Assembly (NCBI RefSeq): GCF_964355755.1
Contig: NC_092679.1
Location: 6,044,201-6,108,200 of the forward strand
DNA from: Antedon mediterranea
Taxonomy: Eukaryota > Animalia > Echinodermata
Direction: 5' to 3'
DNA: 64,000 nt
Shown here: positions 39,323 to 52,104 of the stretch, piece by piece
Position numbering within the stretch: position 1 is the stretch's first letter
Layout of the letters: every line of letters begins with the position of its first letter
Notes under the pieces: model-generated
Told to the model about the DNA's origin: nothing
The model's input: the letters and a program-made list of their open reading frames with translations, nothing else
Database searches by the model: none
Program-made: the position numbers and the translations under genes

Positions 39323-39481
39323 GGTTTCATTCACACTGGATTGAGTGTGGTGGGGAGAAAACTACGGACTGTGTTACCTTTTATTTACTACACATATACG
39401 TTTTATACAGAAAAATTAGTTAGTGTGAACGGTAGTACTGTACTAATAAACACTGCACTCATTTCTCAGTGTGAATGCACC
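39323..39481. mobile_element. PIF/Harbinger-like MITE
   Basis: TIR GGTTTCATTCACACTG / CAGTGTGAATGCACC, flanked by TTA on both sides. Confidence 0.65.
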
Positions 39482-40782
39482 TTATGAGGTATCCCTCTCT
39501 CTGATGAAGAAGTAAATGATCCTAGTGGTGAACTGTATATACATTCCAAGTAGAATTTAGGTTACTATAAGGCTAAACACACATGAGTATAAATTGGTAC
39601 GTTGTGATTGACCTTCTTTCACAGCAAAACATCTCTAATTTCAACCAAAATATGTTGTGTCACAACTCATTTTATTTTAAATTCTTTATAACAATATATT
39701 ATTGGTTTCTCTAGCTATGCAATTTATATTATTTTGCTTTGAAACTATATGATATAAAAATAATATTAAAATAAAAAAATATAACCTATATTAAATATTA
39801 CAGAAAATAAATTGCATTTTTTAAATTGTACCGTGTAGATTTCAAACAAGTAATATTGTAATCTTCACTAAATAAATAATACACATCATAGTTAATAATT
39901 AAGTTTAAATTTTCATACAATAATTAGAATTATGAATATTACATTAATATTCAAATATCTTCTAAAACAATTTTCTTGTTAATTTATCTTTAGTATAATA
40001 TTTTTGTTTTATATTTGTTACTACTGCCAATAGCTATATTTTGATGTCCTGAATTGCAAGAATCACAAATTGATGATTTGAATTTTATTTAAACACCAAA
40101 AAAATTAGGTAATATAAGAAAAAAAAATAGAGAGAAAAAGAGAAATATATTTAATCGTCTCAACAAATTATAGAATAGAAAATTTACCTTATATATTGTT
40201 TTATCATAATTCACCTTGTTTCTTTTATTTTTTAATAAAAGTATTTTAATCCCAAATATGGTATTCAGAATAAAATTTATATATTGGGATTGTGAACTCT
40301 TTGTTCAAATGTTTTCTTTAGAAACTGATTATGTATTAATTTCTTTTTTAATTATCCTATATATAGAATCCTGTAAATAGTTACTTCTCCTTGTATTTTA
40401 TCAGTTGTAAATATATTATAAATAATATACAGTTAAACTTGTAATAGCTGTCTTGTATGTTAGAACTATGCACATGCAGTATATGTAATGTTACATATAG
40501 GTAATTATCATTTGCATAATCAATTGCATTTATTGCTTGAAAGTAACTGATGTAACGGTGCCTATAGATTTGAGTTGGTCCTCCTTAAATACCAAGCACA
40601 ACACACAAGTCCTATCAATCTTAACCAATACCCTAACTTCATACTGGTAGGGTGTAGTTTTACTTGGTAGGAGGGCCGTTCTGTTCTTAAATATGTAATT
40701 GGTGCGGGAATTGGTGCACTAGTCTGTTCAATCTGGATTTTATCCAAGTTGATAGGTATGCTCTGTCTATGCATGGAGTATC

Positions 40783-41553
40783 GCCCCATGGTCTATACTC
40801 GCCCCATGGTCTATGCTCGCCCCATGGTCTATGCTTTCCCCATGTTCTATGCTCGCCCCATGGTCTATGCTCTCTCCATGGTCTATGCTCTCCCCATGGT
40901 CTATGCTCTCTCCATGGTCTATACTCACCCCATGGTCTATGCTTTCCCCATGTTCTATGCTCGCCCCATGGTCTATGCTCTCTCCATGGTCTATGCTCTC
41001 CCCATGGTCTATGCTCGCCCCACGGTCTATACTCACCCCATGGTCTATGCTTTCCCCATGTTCTATGCTTTCCCCATGTTCTATGCTCTCTCCATGGTCT
41101 ATGCTCTCTCCATGGTCTATGCTTTCCCCATGGTCTATGCTTTCCCCATGGTCTATGCTTTCCCCATGTTCTATGCTTTCCCCATGTTCTATGCTCTCTC
41201 CATGGTCTATGCTCTCTCCATGGTCTATGCTTTCCCCATGGTCTATGCTCGCCCCATTGTCTATGCTCTCCCCATGGTCTATGCTCGCCCCATGGTCTAT
41301 GCTCTCTCCACGGTCTATACTCACCCCACGGTCTATGCTCGCCCCACGGTCTATGCTCGCCCCACGGTCTATGCTCGCCCCACGGTCTATGCTCGCCCCA
41401 CGGTCTATGCTCGCCCCACGGTCTATGCTCGCCCCACGGTCTATGCTCGCCCCATGGTCTATGCTCGCCCCATGGTCTATGCTCGCCCCATGGTCTATGC
41501 TCGCCCCATGGTCTATGCTCTCTCCATGGTCTATACTCTCTCCATGGTCTATG
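40783..41553. repeat. 18-bp minisatellite (CCCCATGGTCTATGCTCG variants), about 43 copies
   Basis: Direct periodicity; it creates repetitive ORFs in four frames. Confidence 0.95.
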
Positions 41554-42379
41554 TTACAATGTACTTGCTCTATCCTTTCTGTAAATAGATAACAAGATTC
41601 AAATCATCTTTTTAAAATTTGTAAATAAGTAAACGTAAGGTCTATGTTACACTGACTGCTTCCATTAAAAAATGTATGTAAACAAATGCGTCTTATTGTT
41701 TGAAGTATCTTAGGAATTAAATTCAATTGTTCAATGTTTGATGGTAGCTGTCATTATTATGATTGAATCTTTTGTTATCACAATGTTGTTGTCAGAAGAT
41801 TGTTGTTATTGTTTTTTTTCTTATTTTTATTTTGTTTCCATGGTGATAATCAAACGAGAATAGCCATTTTGTTTTATCATGGCAACAGCAAATTTGTAAA
41901 TACAATACTTAAAATGTTATTAATAAAAGATATAAAAATTGATGTTTGTTTATTTCATTTGACTTCAGTTGATAGTATGATAGATACGATAATGTTGTGT
42001 ATAGATGGTGATGATTAATTAGGCCTAATATCGAAACATTTTTTTATGGCGTACAAATATCTCGGCACCTAACAATTATAACAATTTAAGGGAGATTTAA
42101 ATATTTTAAAATTTATTTTTAGGTCTCAATGCAGTATGATTAAATATTAATATAACAATCTAATACCAATATAATTTATTATATATCCCTGAAATTTTGC
42201 TTTTCATAAATCGACAGAAAGAATATACCATACCGTGTAAACAATAACGGTTTATTGTATCATAAATTATAATATAGAGTCTAAGAGAAGGATGATTATT
42301 ACTATGTTGTGTCCTGTGTAAAACAATGATGAAATTATTTCATAATGAAAAAGAAAACTTTTGTAATGTGACGTTGTTA

Positions 42380-42609
42380 AATAATTGTTTGCGCCCCCTA
42401 TTGTTTAATCTAACATAAGAAAGAGCGAGCGTACTTAGCCGTGTGTACTTATCTTTCTTCTAATAGCGTGCGTTGAGTGTGGGGCTTCAACGACGACTAC
42501 CGGTAGGCGACAACAGAGGCGAGGATATTTTACCGTAGCTGTCGCAAGATTTTTGTTTTGGAGAGGAAAATCTACATAAATTTTGCCAAAACTTAAATGA
42601 AAATTCAAA
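42380..42609 (+). promoter_or_regulatory. Probable promoter/5' UTR of the PTK7-like gene
   Basis: Local CpG enrichment in an AT-rich background directly upstream of aaaATGG at 42610. Confidence 0.5.
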
Positions 42610-42676
42610 ATGGCTTGTTGGAATTATAACCCGATGTCTTTCTCTGGGATGTTGTTTGTCTTTGTTTATCTAAGCG
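42610..42676 (+). CDS. PTK7: PTK7/off-track-like receptor, coding exon 1 (signal peptide)
   Basis: MACWNYNPMSFSGMLFVFVYLS plus G; donor GTAGGT; phase 1 joins exon 49959 to complete a hydrophobic signal peptide (..VYLHMSTA). Confidence 0.7.
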
Positions 42677-43655
42677 GTAGGTATCTTGCTTCTGTTATAT
42701 CACGTATCGAGTAGGCTTGCATCGGCTGTCTGGGTGGGACTTACTAAAAGTAGTTTCAAGGGTGCAGACGATAGCCGGAAACGTCAAACTTTTGATGCCT
42801 GATGGCTTACCAACTGAAAAAAATATGCCCTATGAATTTAACATAAAAATTTGAATTTTTACTTGAATTTACTGCTCTTGTGGAGAAAGAGTTAAGATGT
42901 GATCCCCTGCTGGCCCCGATACTGTGTAGTTAGTTTTGTATTGAAAACTATCATTTATTTTAATAAAGATACTTTACAGAACCTACCTACCAGTACAATT
43001 AATTTACACATCAGGTTTTACAGATGACAGAATGCTGGTTGGGTGGGGTCTAAGATTATAAAAAAAAAGTGGTGGGGAAGCAGTTTCACTAGGCCCAGGG
43101 CTAATTATAATATTGGTGACAAAATGTAGACAATTATATCGCGATGATACTGCTTTAATGGAAAGTAAATAAAACTAATCATGCATAAATAAATATTTTA
43201 TTTATTTAATCTTTAAGGAAATTGAATGCGTAATGCATTGTTTTCTGAATACATTTATGAATTGAGCGAAAATTATTGTTGATGTATAGAAAAGAACAAA
43301 ATTTACACTGGCAGATAGATCCAGTATTTTGTTTAATTAATTAATTTCACAGGGATTGGACAAAAATTTTGAAGATTAATTGTTGAACTTAAACTAATGT
43401 CGTATTAGCCGATCTTTTTGCATTTTAATGTTTTATTTAATTATTTGTCACTACTCAAAACTCACATTTACTGATATTTTTGGCAGTGTCATGAGCAATG
43501 ACCGTTGAAATGGCGCTATATAAATAAAAAAATTGATTGATATATATCGGAGAATCAGACTTTGGCGCATTTGTAATTTTTGGAATTTAGAAGTTTTGTT
43601 GTTAATTATGGTTAGTACAGTAGTAATATTAATATCAAGGTAACTCTTATATATA

Positions 43656-43904
43656 CATAACATCGGCAGGGGTTTGAGGCTCACTCACTCCATGGTTCTG
43701 GTGGTAGAACGAGTCTTCTCGGATAAGGACTATAAACCGTGGGTTCAGTGTACACATCTAGCTTGTGTGCATTTTAAAGAACCTAGTACATCTTTCGAGA
43801 CGAGTAGGGGGTTACCCCGGTGTATTAGTACATCACAGCCACTGATCACCAACTGGGCCCTCTGGGAGACCAGTCATTGACTGAAGAGGTTACCCAGTAT
43901 AAAT
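43656..43904 (+). mobile_element. 5'-truncated copy of the Deu/Nin-type SINE, tail interrupted by a DNA transposon
   Basis: Near-identical to the reverse complement of 24590-24855; tail resumes after 45677. Confidence 0.85.
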
Positions 43905-45677
43905 CTACGCTCGCGCTAACCGTTCGCCAATGGCGACTGGAGTCTCCATTTGGCGAAAATAATTATTGCTTCGTTCGCCAAATTGGCGAAAACACATTTC
44001 CAAGCCTAGGCCTAGCCTGATCGGCGTGACTTCTTATGGGAGCGAGAATTCGCCACACTTTGGTACTTTCTGACTCGGGTACACTTTTTACCACCACAGC
44101 ATTTTATGTGACGACGTCACGATCGCCTTGTTCATTTTTTTTAGTTCTGTTTAAACATGCGCAGAGCGTGCCTCGATGACGTTTTAATGACACACAGTTA
44201 ATGTGATTGGTTCGTGGCCGGCCGTCGACGTGATGATGAGCGAATAAAACTAAAAGGGGAAGTCCCTATTCTTCGACGTAGAAAATGAACTTCGAGAAGA
44301 AAATGTAAACAGCAACATGTGGACGAATACTTCCGTAAACGAGGCTGTTCTGTTATTTAAAAAGGGGAATTTTAAATTTAACAAAGTAATTGCCTCAATA
44401 GTATAATGTTAACATGTTTAATTTTATTTCCCTTTCGATTATTCTAACCGAAAGTTGCGCTTTAAATTGAATAGCTAAGAAACAGCGTATACTACAACGG
44501 CAACCCTGGCCAAAGCGCGTTTCGGCCGCCTACATAGAATGGGTTACGGCCGCTGCATATCAAATTCAAAGCTTCTTAAATTTCTGCGGTACATTTCTTC
44601 CTAACCTACTTGTTTTATATTATTAATAGATTGATAAATATTCCACTTATTAAATAATTTAATAAATCGGTAAAATTGACGTTTCGAAGCAAATATTCCA
44701 TGATGAGAGGCGACATTTTTCGACATGCCTCGTGTGCGGCGAAGACTAGTTCAGAAAATGGAACAGTCCACTGCGGTGTTTATCCAATCATTAATTAACG
44801 CGCTAATACATGCATACCATGCACATTGCCTGGGCGACGGTAATTTAGTAATAAGCGGAGAACTGAATCCCCCGTAAGGAAAATGGTAAACACTGATATT
44901 TATGGTAGGGATTATTTTTTTCAGTGGTTGGTCTTGTTGGCTTCTTCGCACGAGGTCCACGCAAAATCAAATAAAACGATGTGGTTTATCAAACAGAAAT
45001 ATAAATTAGCTTTAATTCAATACTAAATTAGCCAGATTTTGATAATGAGAAAGACTCAAAAATTCAATTTTTATCGTTAAAATTGACATATGAGGCGGAT
45101 GTACATATAAATAATAACCGATTTACATATCAAAATAAAGAGTATTTAAAGCCTGATAACATGCAACAAAAATTACTCCACCACCTATTATAGACCTCGT
45201 GCGATCGGGTGCGAAAATGGGTAGGTGTTTTCCAAAGTTATTTTTTAGCGCGCGGATTTCGGCTCGCCGGCTTTTGTACCTCATTTTTAACTCGCGTTTT
45301 CTATTAAAATATTTAATAAACATAGATTAAAAATATATAAAAACAATCCCTTAAACAAGATCTTTCCAGGCATATAATTTTTATTCTCATGGGTACATAA
45401 GAAATAGCATATTTTTAACTTCAAAGACACGTCACTTTTTGAAATTTCACGAACGTGTTAAAATCACGGTAACGAAAATCAGCTTCAGTGGGATACCTAA
45501 TAATAATGTAAATGTAAAAGAAGTAAAATAACAAACAAATACATGCATTATTTATTTAATATTTTGCGAATTTTTATGGTTTTTTACATTTTTAAAAAGG
45601 ATTTTCAATTTGGCTAATGTTTTTCAAAACCTTTCGCCATTTTGGCGAACGAAAATTTGACCTTAGCGCGAGCGTAG
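43905..45677. mobile_element. Non-autonomous DNA transposon with 5-bp TSD (hAT5-like)
   Basis: Perfect 15-bp TIR CTACGCTCGCGCTAA / TTAGCGCGAGCGTAG; TSD TAAAT; subterminal TTCGCCA/TGGCGAA motifs. Confidence 0.85.
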
Positions 45678-45729
45678 TAAATATATATTTCAATCAATCA
45701 AGAGGAGATCCCATAAATCATGGGAGAAT

Positions 45730-48666
45730 CAGGGACGGGTCCAGGATTTAGAAATAGGGGGGGGCGTAGCTTTGCGAGCGAAGCGAGCAAACATTGGCTG
45801 GGGGCCAGGGGGCCGCCGAGGGCCCCCGGTGCGTTCTAGCGCATTGTAAGTCGTTTAAAACGATTTACAAACAATTCATAATGTCATTTACCAAACACTC
45901 TAAAGCTCGCAAATTACGACATGTGGAACATGCAGCTGATACTTACCTAGGGTACCAAAGCAAGCTAACAACTTGCCTGTACTTTACATCTAAATTTTTA
46001 CAACGCGACGATGTTTTTCAGCTTTTATATAAGATGTTCAAAGAGGGACTCACAAACCTTAAAGGGGGGTTCCGGGTTTAAAATGAATAGTAAAAAATGT
46101 AAAATATATTTGTTTGTCTCTTGAACGGTAAAAGTTTCAATTTATATAAGCGCCCAGTGAAGCAGAACGAAGGCTGTGAAATCAGGCCAGATTACAAGTG
46201 CAGCTACGGCAAAATCACACTGTGGTTACAAAATAGGAAATTCGTGAAATGGTCCATCTTCCGACGACTCGTTATCAAAAACCATATCAATTACTTTTGT
46301 AAAATTATACTTATCTGATGTAATTTTAGTCGGTCTTCCCATTTATAAAGTCAATTTTTTATGAAAATTCATCAAAACAGTGAAAAATTAGATATGTTTG
46401 CACTTTACGTTTGCCGATTTTCGCACCGACTTAGGGAAAAATCAAAATCAATGAAGCGTAACGTATACTGTACATTCCTGCTGAGGATCGAGCGAGACGA
46501 AAATACACGTGCTCTCTCTGCTGCCCATGCCTGGCATCGTCACGTGATAAGCAGATACAACAATACCAAACTGGTCGGGTCGCGTATACCCCGTCTATAA
46601 TCACAACATGAACGATGTACAGTATTTGATTGAAGGTCGACTTGACCTACCGGATTGGTATAGATAATATAGCTCGAATGAGAGAGTTGGAATATTTGTG
46701 TAGTGCAGCCTATAGTAAAAGGCCTGGTAGTATCAATTCGCATAGGGTCTACTACACTAGCTAGCTCAATTTTTAACTGGGCCGGATCGGCTAGGTCTCC
46801 TTCCTACTACCTGGTCTACTTGCTTGATGCATGAGTATCCGCTTTTTTGGAGAGTAAACTAAGCCTATTTTATTTTAGGCCTACTTAGACGATCGGAACA
46901 CCATACGTGTGGACGGCGATCGGACCTTGTTTTGCTTCAATATTTACAGCCGATTTTGTAGAACGTTTTAGGTTTAGATTGTTTAGGAGTTTGGTTGATA
47001 GGATGGGTTTTGTTATTTATGGGTCAATCGTCTAGTAGTAGGCTAGCTAGGCCCATGGGCCCCATTGTTTTAACGTAGCCATCGTGGCATGGAATCCCTA
47101 GTCAGAATGGCTCTCGCCCATATTATTATTAGGCTAGGCCTAGAGTAGTATTGGACGTGAAGCCGATAATACGATCTGTACTATAGAGGTATAAAAATAG
47201 TATAATTTATGACTCCGTATCTGTACTAAATTTTGTATTTCATTAAATGTCAAATAAATATATGCTACTACTGTTATTATTACACTTTAGGCCAGCTTAG
47301 AAAATCTACAAAAAATGTATTTCACAATGATCGGGTGGTGACGGTCGTCGTTTGACAGGGGAGAGAGATGTCAATTAGTTGACAAACACAACGTACATGA
47401 CGTCGCGAGTTTGGAATCCACTGGTGACGTGATTTTGTGAATATCTCATGAATATTAATGAGCTTCCCTAAGCTGCTGAAAAACAGACTTTCCATGAATT
47501 TACCCTAAAATGTATATGAAATTTAATTTTTTTAATTTCTCGTTATTACTTCTTCATTCTGACATGTCTATATTGTTATAATATTTTTTATTTAATAAAT
47601 AAACGATATTTAAAACCAATTTTAAACCCAGAATCCCCCTTTAACAGGTTTATAGTCTAAAGGTCAAGGTAAATCGAGGTAAATAAAATAAACTTGTCCT
47701 AGCCTAGGCCGGTATTATTTTCTTACACGTGCGCCGGGTCGATCGCGGTGACTACTTCTTCGCATCCATCATCCATGCAGCTAAAGTAAAATGATGTCAC
47801 GTTAAAGCGGGTCGTCACAGAGTCTCATGCATATTAATGAAGCAAACTTGCTGAGAGTGTTTTCCACCACCACGCAACACATGCGACGAGAGATTTATTG
47901 AAACTCCGAGCCATCGACTGACGATCATGTTTTTGACAATTAAAATCACGGCATATTCAACGACCTGGTTTAAACGATTGTTTAAAAATTAGCGGTCCGG
48001 CTCGATCATCATTACATTATATTTAGTGATTTGAAAAAAACAAAACACCCCTTTTGTCATCGCGATTTGTTTATGAGAATCATCGACGGAAAAGCAAATA
48101 AAACACTACAAGGGTCATGAAATGCTGCATGCAGCATTGTTAATATTTTAATAGTAATATGTTTTAATAAAATATAGGCCTAACGGGATAATTTTCATAG
48201 GCACTACAGTCCTAGCCTTTGTTTTTATTGTATTTAATAAATGGGCGCGTAGTGTAGCACTGACCATGTGACTTCATAAACTCTATTGATCGTCGGAGGT
48301 ACGTACCGCTACTCTACAATACGGGAGTGACGATCACAAAGGGTGCCGACCTGCTTAGTAAAACGCGACTAAGCTCACCACGTGGCTTTTATCAACTTGC
48401 TCCTTTTAGTTTTACACTTAACTGTGAATGATCGTTGGTAACGCTAGAGATTGATAGTAGGCTACACAAAGGATGTCGACGTACATGCTTGGTGAAATGC
48501 GATCAAGCTGACGATGTGCTCCGACGTACTATTTTCACTATGAAAATGAACGTCGAAACGATACGTGTTTTTAAAATCTATTTAATTTAAAAAAAAAAAA
48601 AAAAATCTTTAAAAAATAGGGGGGGGGGCGTACGCCCCACACGCCCCCCCGCTAGATCCGCCACTG
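45730..48666. mobile_element. Non-autonomous hAT-like transposon with 5-bp TSD, hosting a nested Kolobok-like element
   Basis: Imperfect TIR CAGGGACGGGTCCAG / CTAGATCCGCCACTG; G-run subterminal motifs; AGAAT on both sides. Confidence 0.8.
46063..47640. mobile_element. Nested Kolobok-like element
   Basis: TIR AGGGGGGTTCCGGGTTTAAAAT / ATTTTAAACCCAGAATCCCCCT (2 mismatches); TTAA on both sides. Confidence 0.85.
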
Positions 48667-49958
48667 AGAATCACAACAGTGTAAGGATACAATCTAAAAA
48701 CCCCCTTTGATGGGAGATATTTTGTAACCATTTCATCAACACCTTGGTAGTATGACAATCAGGTGTCAATACCAAACAAGCACCTGTGTAATATTATCTT
48801 ATAGTAATGCATTGTACTCCCATTTTGTACTGTCCGGACCTATACAATAGATTGTTCTACTGTTGTTCAGGAAAAAAATAAAGCTATTGATAATAGCTTT
48901 TAGAGATTCTATTGGCAGCGTTTTGTTTGTACAGTAGTGTTACTTAAAACCTCCTTTCACATAGTACATGTACAGTACACCACTTTATACAAACTTCTAG
49001 TGGTACTTAGTAGTGTCTAATCTAGGATTTTAGGCGAAAGAAAAATAGTTTTATGTCCCCTATCAACAATTTGTATAGCTGTACAAACTAAATATAAAAA
49101 AAAAAAAATTTTTTTTAAAGTAAATACAGTAGTCAATATAATAATATTTAATGGTTCATCATCATTAATTGATCATCATTTAATTAATTTAATGTGACCA
49201 TTTATTATAGTTTGTGGAAAAATTGCTTTTATTTGGCCTAGTATACAGTAAGCCTCTCATAAAAATCTGATACAACTAAGATTTTTGTGCTACAGACAAA
49301 AATTCACTAAAACAAAGAGAAATGTCACATATTAATTTATACTGTATGTACAACATTACTACTACTTCCAGTGTGTTTCCTACAATATTATTGTATTAGG
49401 CTGTTTAATGTCATGTCTACTACAAACCACTTCCACTGTACAATAGCTTCCTCCCACGAGGCCTATACAATGCCTTGATGGGTCTACCTACAACTTGTCT
49501 AGTGCAGTCATCACAAGCAGCAAGGTCATTCCATCTTACTGATAGGTTAATGGCCAATAGCAACTTCCAACTGAGTGTCTGTTTCTTCTGCCTGAAAACT
49601 GGATAAATATGGTGCGAAATTACTGTGCTCCCACCTCCAGAAACAACCTATTTCAAATAACTCGCAATTATTCCAATGTGATTTGCATTACAGTGTTATG
49701 TCTGAATAGATTAAAATTTGGCTGCCATTGCTATCTAAATAAGTACATGAGGCAGCTCCCATGTGGGCATATAATTACAGAATGGGGTTAAAATTCAATG
49801 TAAGTTTTATTGCTACAGTAGGATTACTGTACCCTACTGTACAAAAACCATCTGAAAATACACCATTGACATCCTACTGTAAGCCTAAGGTCACTCATAC
49901 TCTCACACCTGCAATTTTCAAAAGTTTTGACATCAAATTTGATCTTTTTTTTCTTCAG

Positions 49959-50255
49959 TTTATTTGCACATGTCGACTGCTTTATCATTTACAAGTCAGC
50001 CTGCTGGCCTGGATGTTAAGCAAGGAGAACAAGCCAGCTTTCAATGTGTGGTAGATGATCCTGAAAACGCCATTGTAACATGGACTTTAGATAATGTCCT
50101 GATCGAGGACACGTCGCGTCGGTTCGTTGACGGAGAATACTTGAGAATTATTGAAGTGCAGCGTAATGCAGATGACGGTGAATTTGTGTGTGTAGCAGAG
50201 GATAAGGTCACGGGGACAACAATAGAAAGTACGCCGGTTACACTTAACATTAAAT
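49959..50255 (+). CDS. PTK7: PTK7/off-track-like receptor, exon 2 (first Ig domain)
   Basis: TTCAG acceptor; LSFTSQP...QCVV...VTWTLDN..IEDTSRRF..G..L.I..VQR..DDGEFVCVAEDKVTG...LNIK; donor T|GTGAGT; resembles PTK7 Ig1 as I recall it (DTERRF, CVARDDVTG, NIKW). Confidence 0.82.
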
Positions 50256-50369
50256 GTGAGTAACAAATTATAACTACGGTATTATATTATATAGCCTACA
50301 GTATGTAAATAAATGGAAATATATTCCCTCGAACAAAATATTATTCCCTCTGGGATGTCAAATCTTATA

Positions 50370-52104
50370 CAGTCGACTCCGCCTAAGTCGAATTCGCGTA
50401 AGTCGAAAAATCGCGAAAGTCGAATTTTTAGGAAAGTCCCAATTCTTTCCTATACATTTAACTGTGTAATTTTTATTTGTAAGTCGAATTTTTCTAAGTC
50501 GAAATTCGTCTAAGTCGACGTCTTTTTGGGGTCCGAATACACACATTCTTTATTGATTTATATTACATAGCCTATGTAAATACGCTAACGTGATTGGTTG
50601 AAACTGCATCACATGACTACCGCTGCGAGGATCGTAAATCGTATATATCCTCGAGAACGATGATATTGACTGTGTAATTTTCGCGTAATTATCGTGTCCC
50701 TTGTCATTAAACATATAGATTCTCGAGTACGATGATATTGACTGTGTAATTTTCGTGTGCCAACACTCGCGTTGCCAATAAATAAACAAAAGTCATCAAC
50801 TCGATCTTGAACTCGGGTGGAATTGTCACTCCATCGCAAGACAACGCTTCAACCGTTGCGCCACGGAAGTTGCTTGAAGAATTTAATCTTCTAAACTATT
50901 TAAACTATGCATACATAGCGCCCTCATTTGTTAAAAGTCCACCCTAAATGTGATGAAACACCGTTTGTGATTGGTCAATACTCACGGTAGTAACCTAGTA
51001 ACTAGTACGCGCTGAACATCCGGTGATTCGGCTCCTCGAAGATCGAGAAGAAGACGAATTGTTTATTCGGCCTACCTGATTATAATATTATTATTTTTAA
51101 TAGGCTTATTGATGGAAATTCTTCTGTTAATTTAAACGACCTAGGCCTAAGTGAATATTTTATTGCCAAGGAATCATTAATTAGTAATTATCTGTATATT
51201 ATTCTTCGCAAGGTAAGGTGTCTAGGCAGGCTTGTTTAAATACAATACAAATACTATAGGAAGGAGGCCTAGCCTAGCTTCACCCAACCCAGCAGACTTG
51301 TTCTTGGCTATATAATATAACAGATATTGCCTTTTATATCGGTTAAATATAAGATTTGACATCCCCTCGGGAATGATATTAGGTTCTCGGGGAATATATA
51401 TTTCCTTCAGCTGGCGCTTCGGGATATATATATTCCCTCGAACTTAATATCATTCCCTCGGGGATGTCAAATCTTATATTTAACCTCTAAGCAGTCAATA
51501 TCTGTATAATATCGTATAAGTCGAAGTCACAAATTACGCGGCAACAACGCGCTAAAAAAGCCGATGAAACGTACGTAATTCGATAAACAAACAACAGAGG
51601 GGATAATGTGGGACCATATCGGTTCTCTCAAGCAGGTTGTATAGTATAGGCGGCGTCCTACAACTCGCACTAGTGTATGAGTTGTTTCAGATCGAGTTGA
51701 GAGCTTGAGCGGCGTTTTGTGGGTACCTATTTTGTGCTAGACAGATTGCAATAAACAATGGATACCGATTTCGAATAAAAACCGAAATGTATTTATTATA
51801 CGTTTTTGTATTGTTTCGGGCTTAAACCATAAAAGAAAATACAGTTTATCATTGCCGATAAAGAGGCTTAGCATTTATTAGGCCTAGCTAGCTAGCTAGC
51901 TAAGCAAACTCAATTCAAGAAGGCTCATCGCGTGGTGGGCCTCGATAGCGCCAGGGCAGGGTCCACTAGGCCTAGCCATAGCGCGGCTAGCGAGTGAACC
52001 TAGGCCTAGGCCTAGCATTTTTTTGGCAAATCTGTAAGTCGAAGTTCGCGTAACTCGAATTTTTATACCGGTCCCATTAGATTCGACTTAGGCGGAGTCG
52101 ACTG
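50370..52104. mobile_element. pogo/Tigger-like (Tc1/mariner superfamily) non-autonomous element with nested insertion
   Basis: Perfect 24-bp TIR CAGTCGACTCCGCCTAAGTCGAAT; TA TSD; subterminal TAAGTCGA repeats. Confidence 0.9.
51314..51511. mobile_element. Foldback/palindromic element of about 200 bp (possibly Crypton-related)
   Basis: ACAGATATTG...GGTTAAATATAAGATTTGACATCCCC.CGGGAATGATATT mirrored by AATATCATTCCC.CGGGGATGTCAAATCTTATATTTAACC...CAATATCTGT. Confidence 0.7.

Noticed and set aside
40749-41592. Long repetitive ORFs (279, 271, 259 and 185 aa)
   Set aside because: By-product of an 18-bp stop-free minisatellite, open in several frames at once, with no unique flanking coding sequence.
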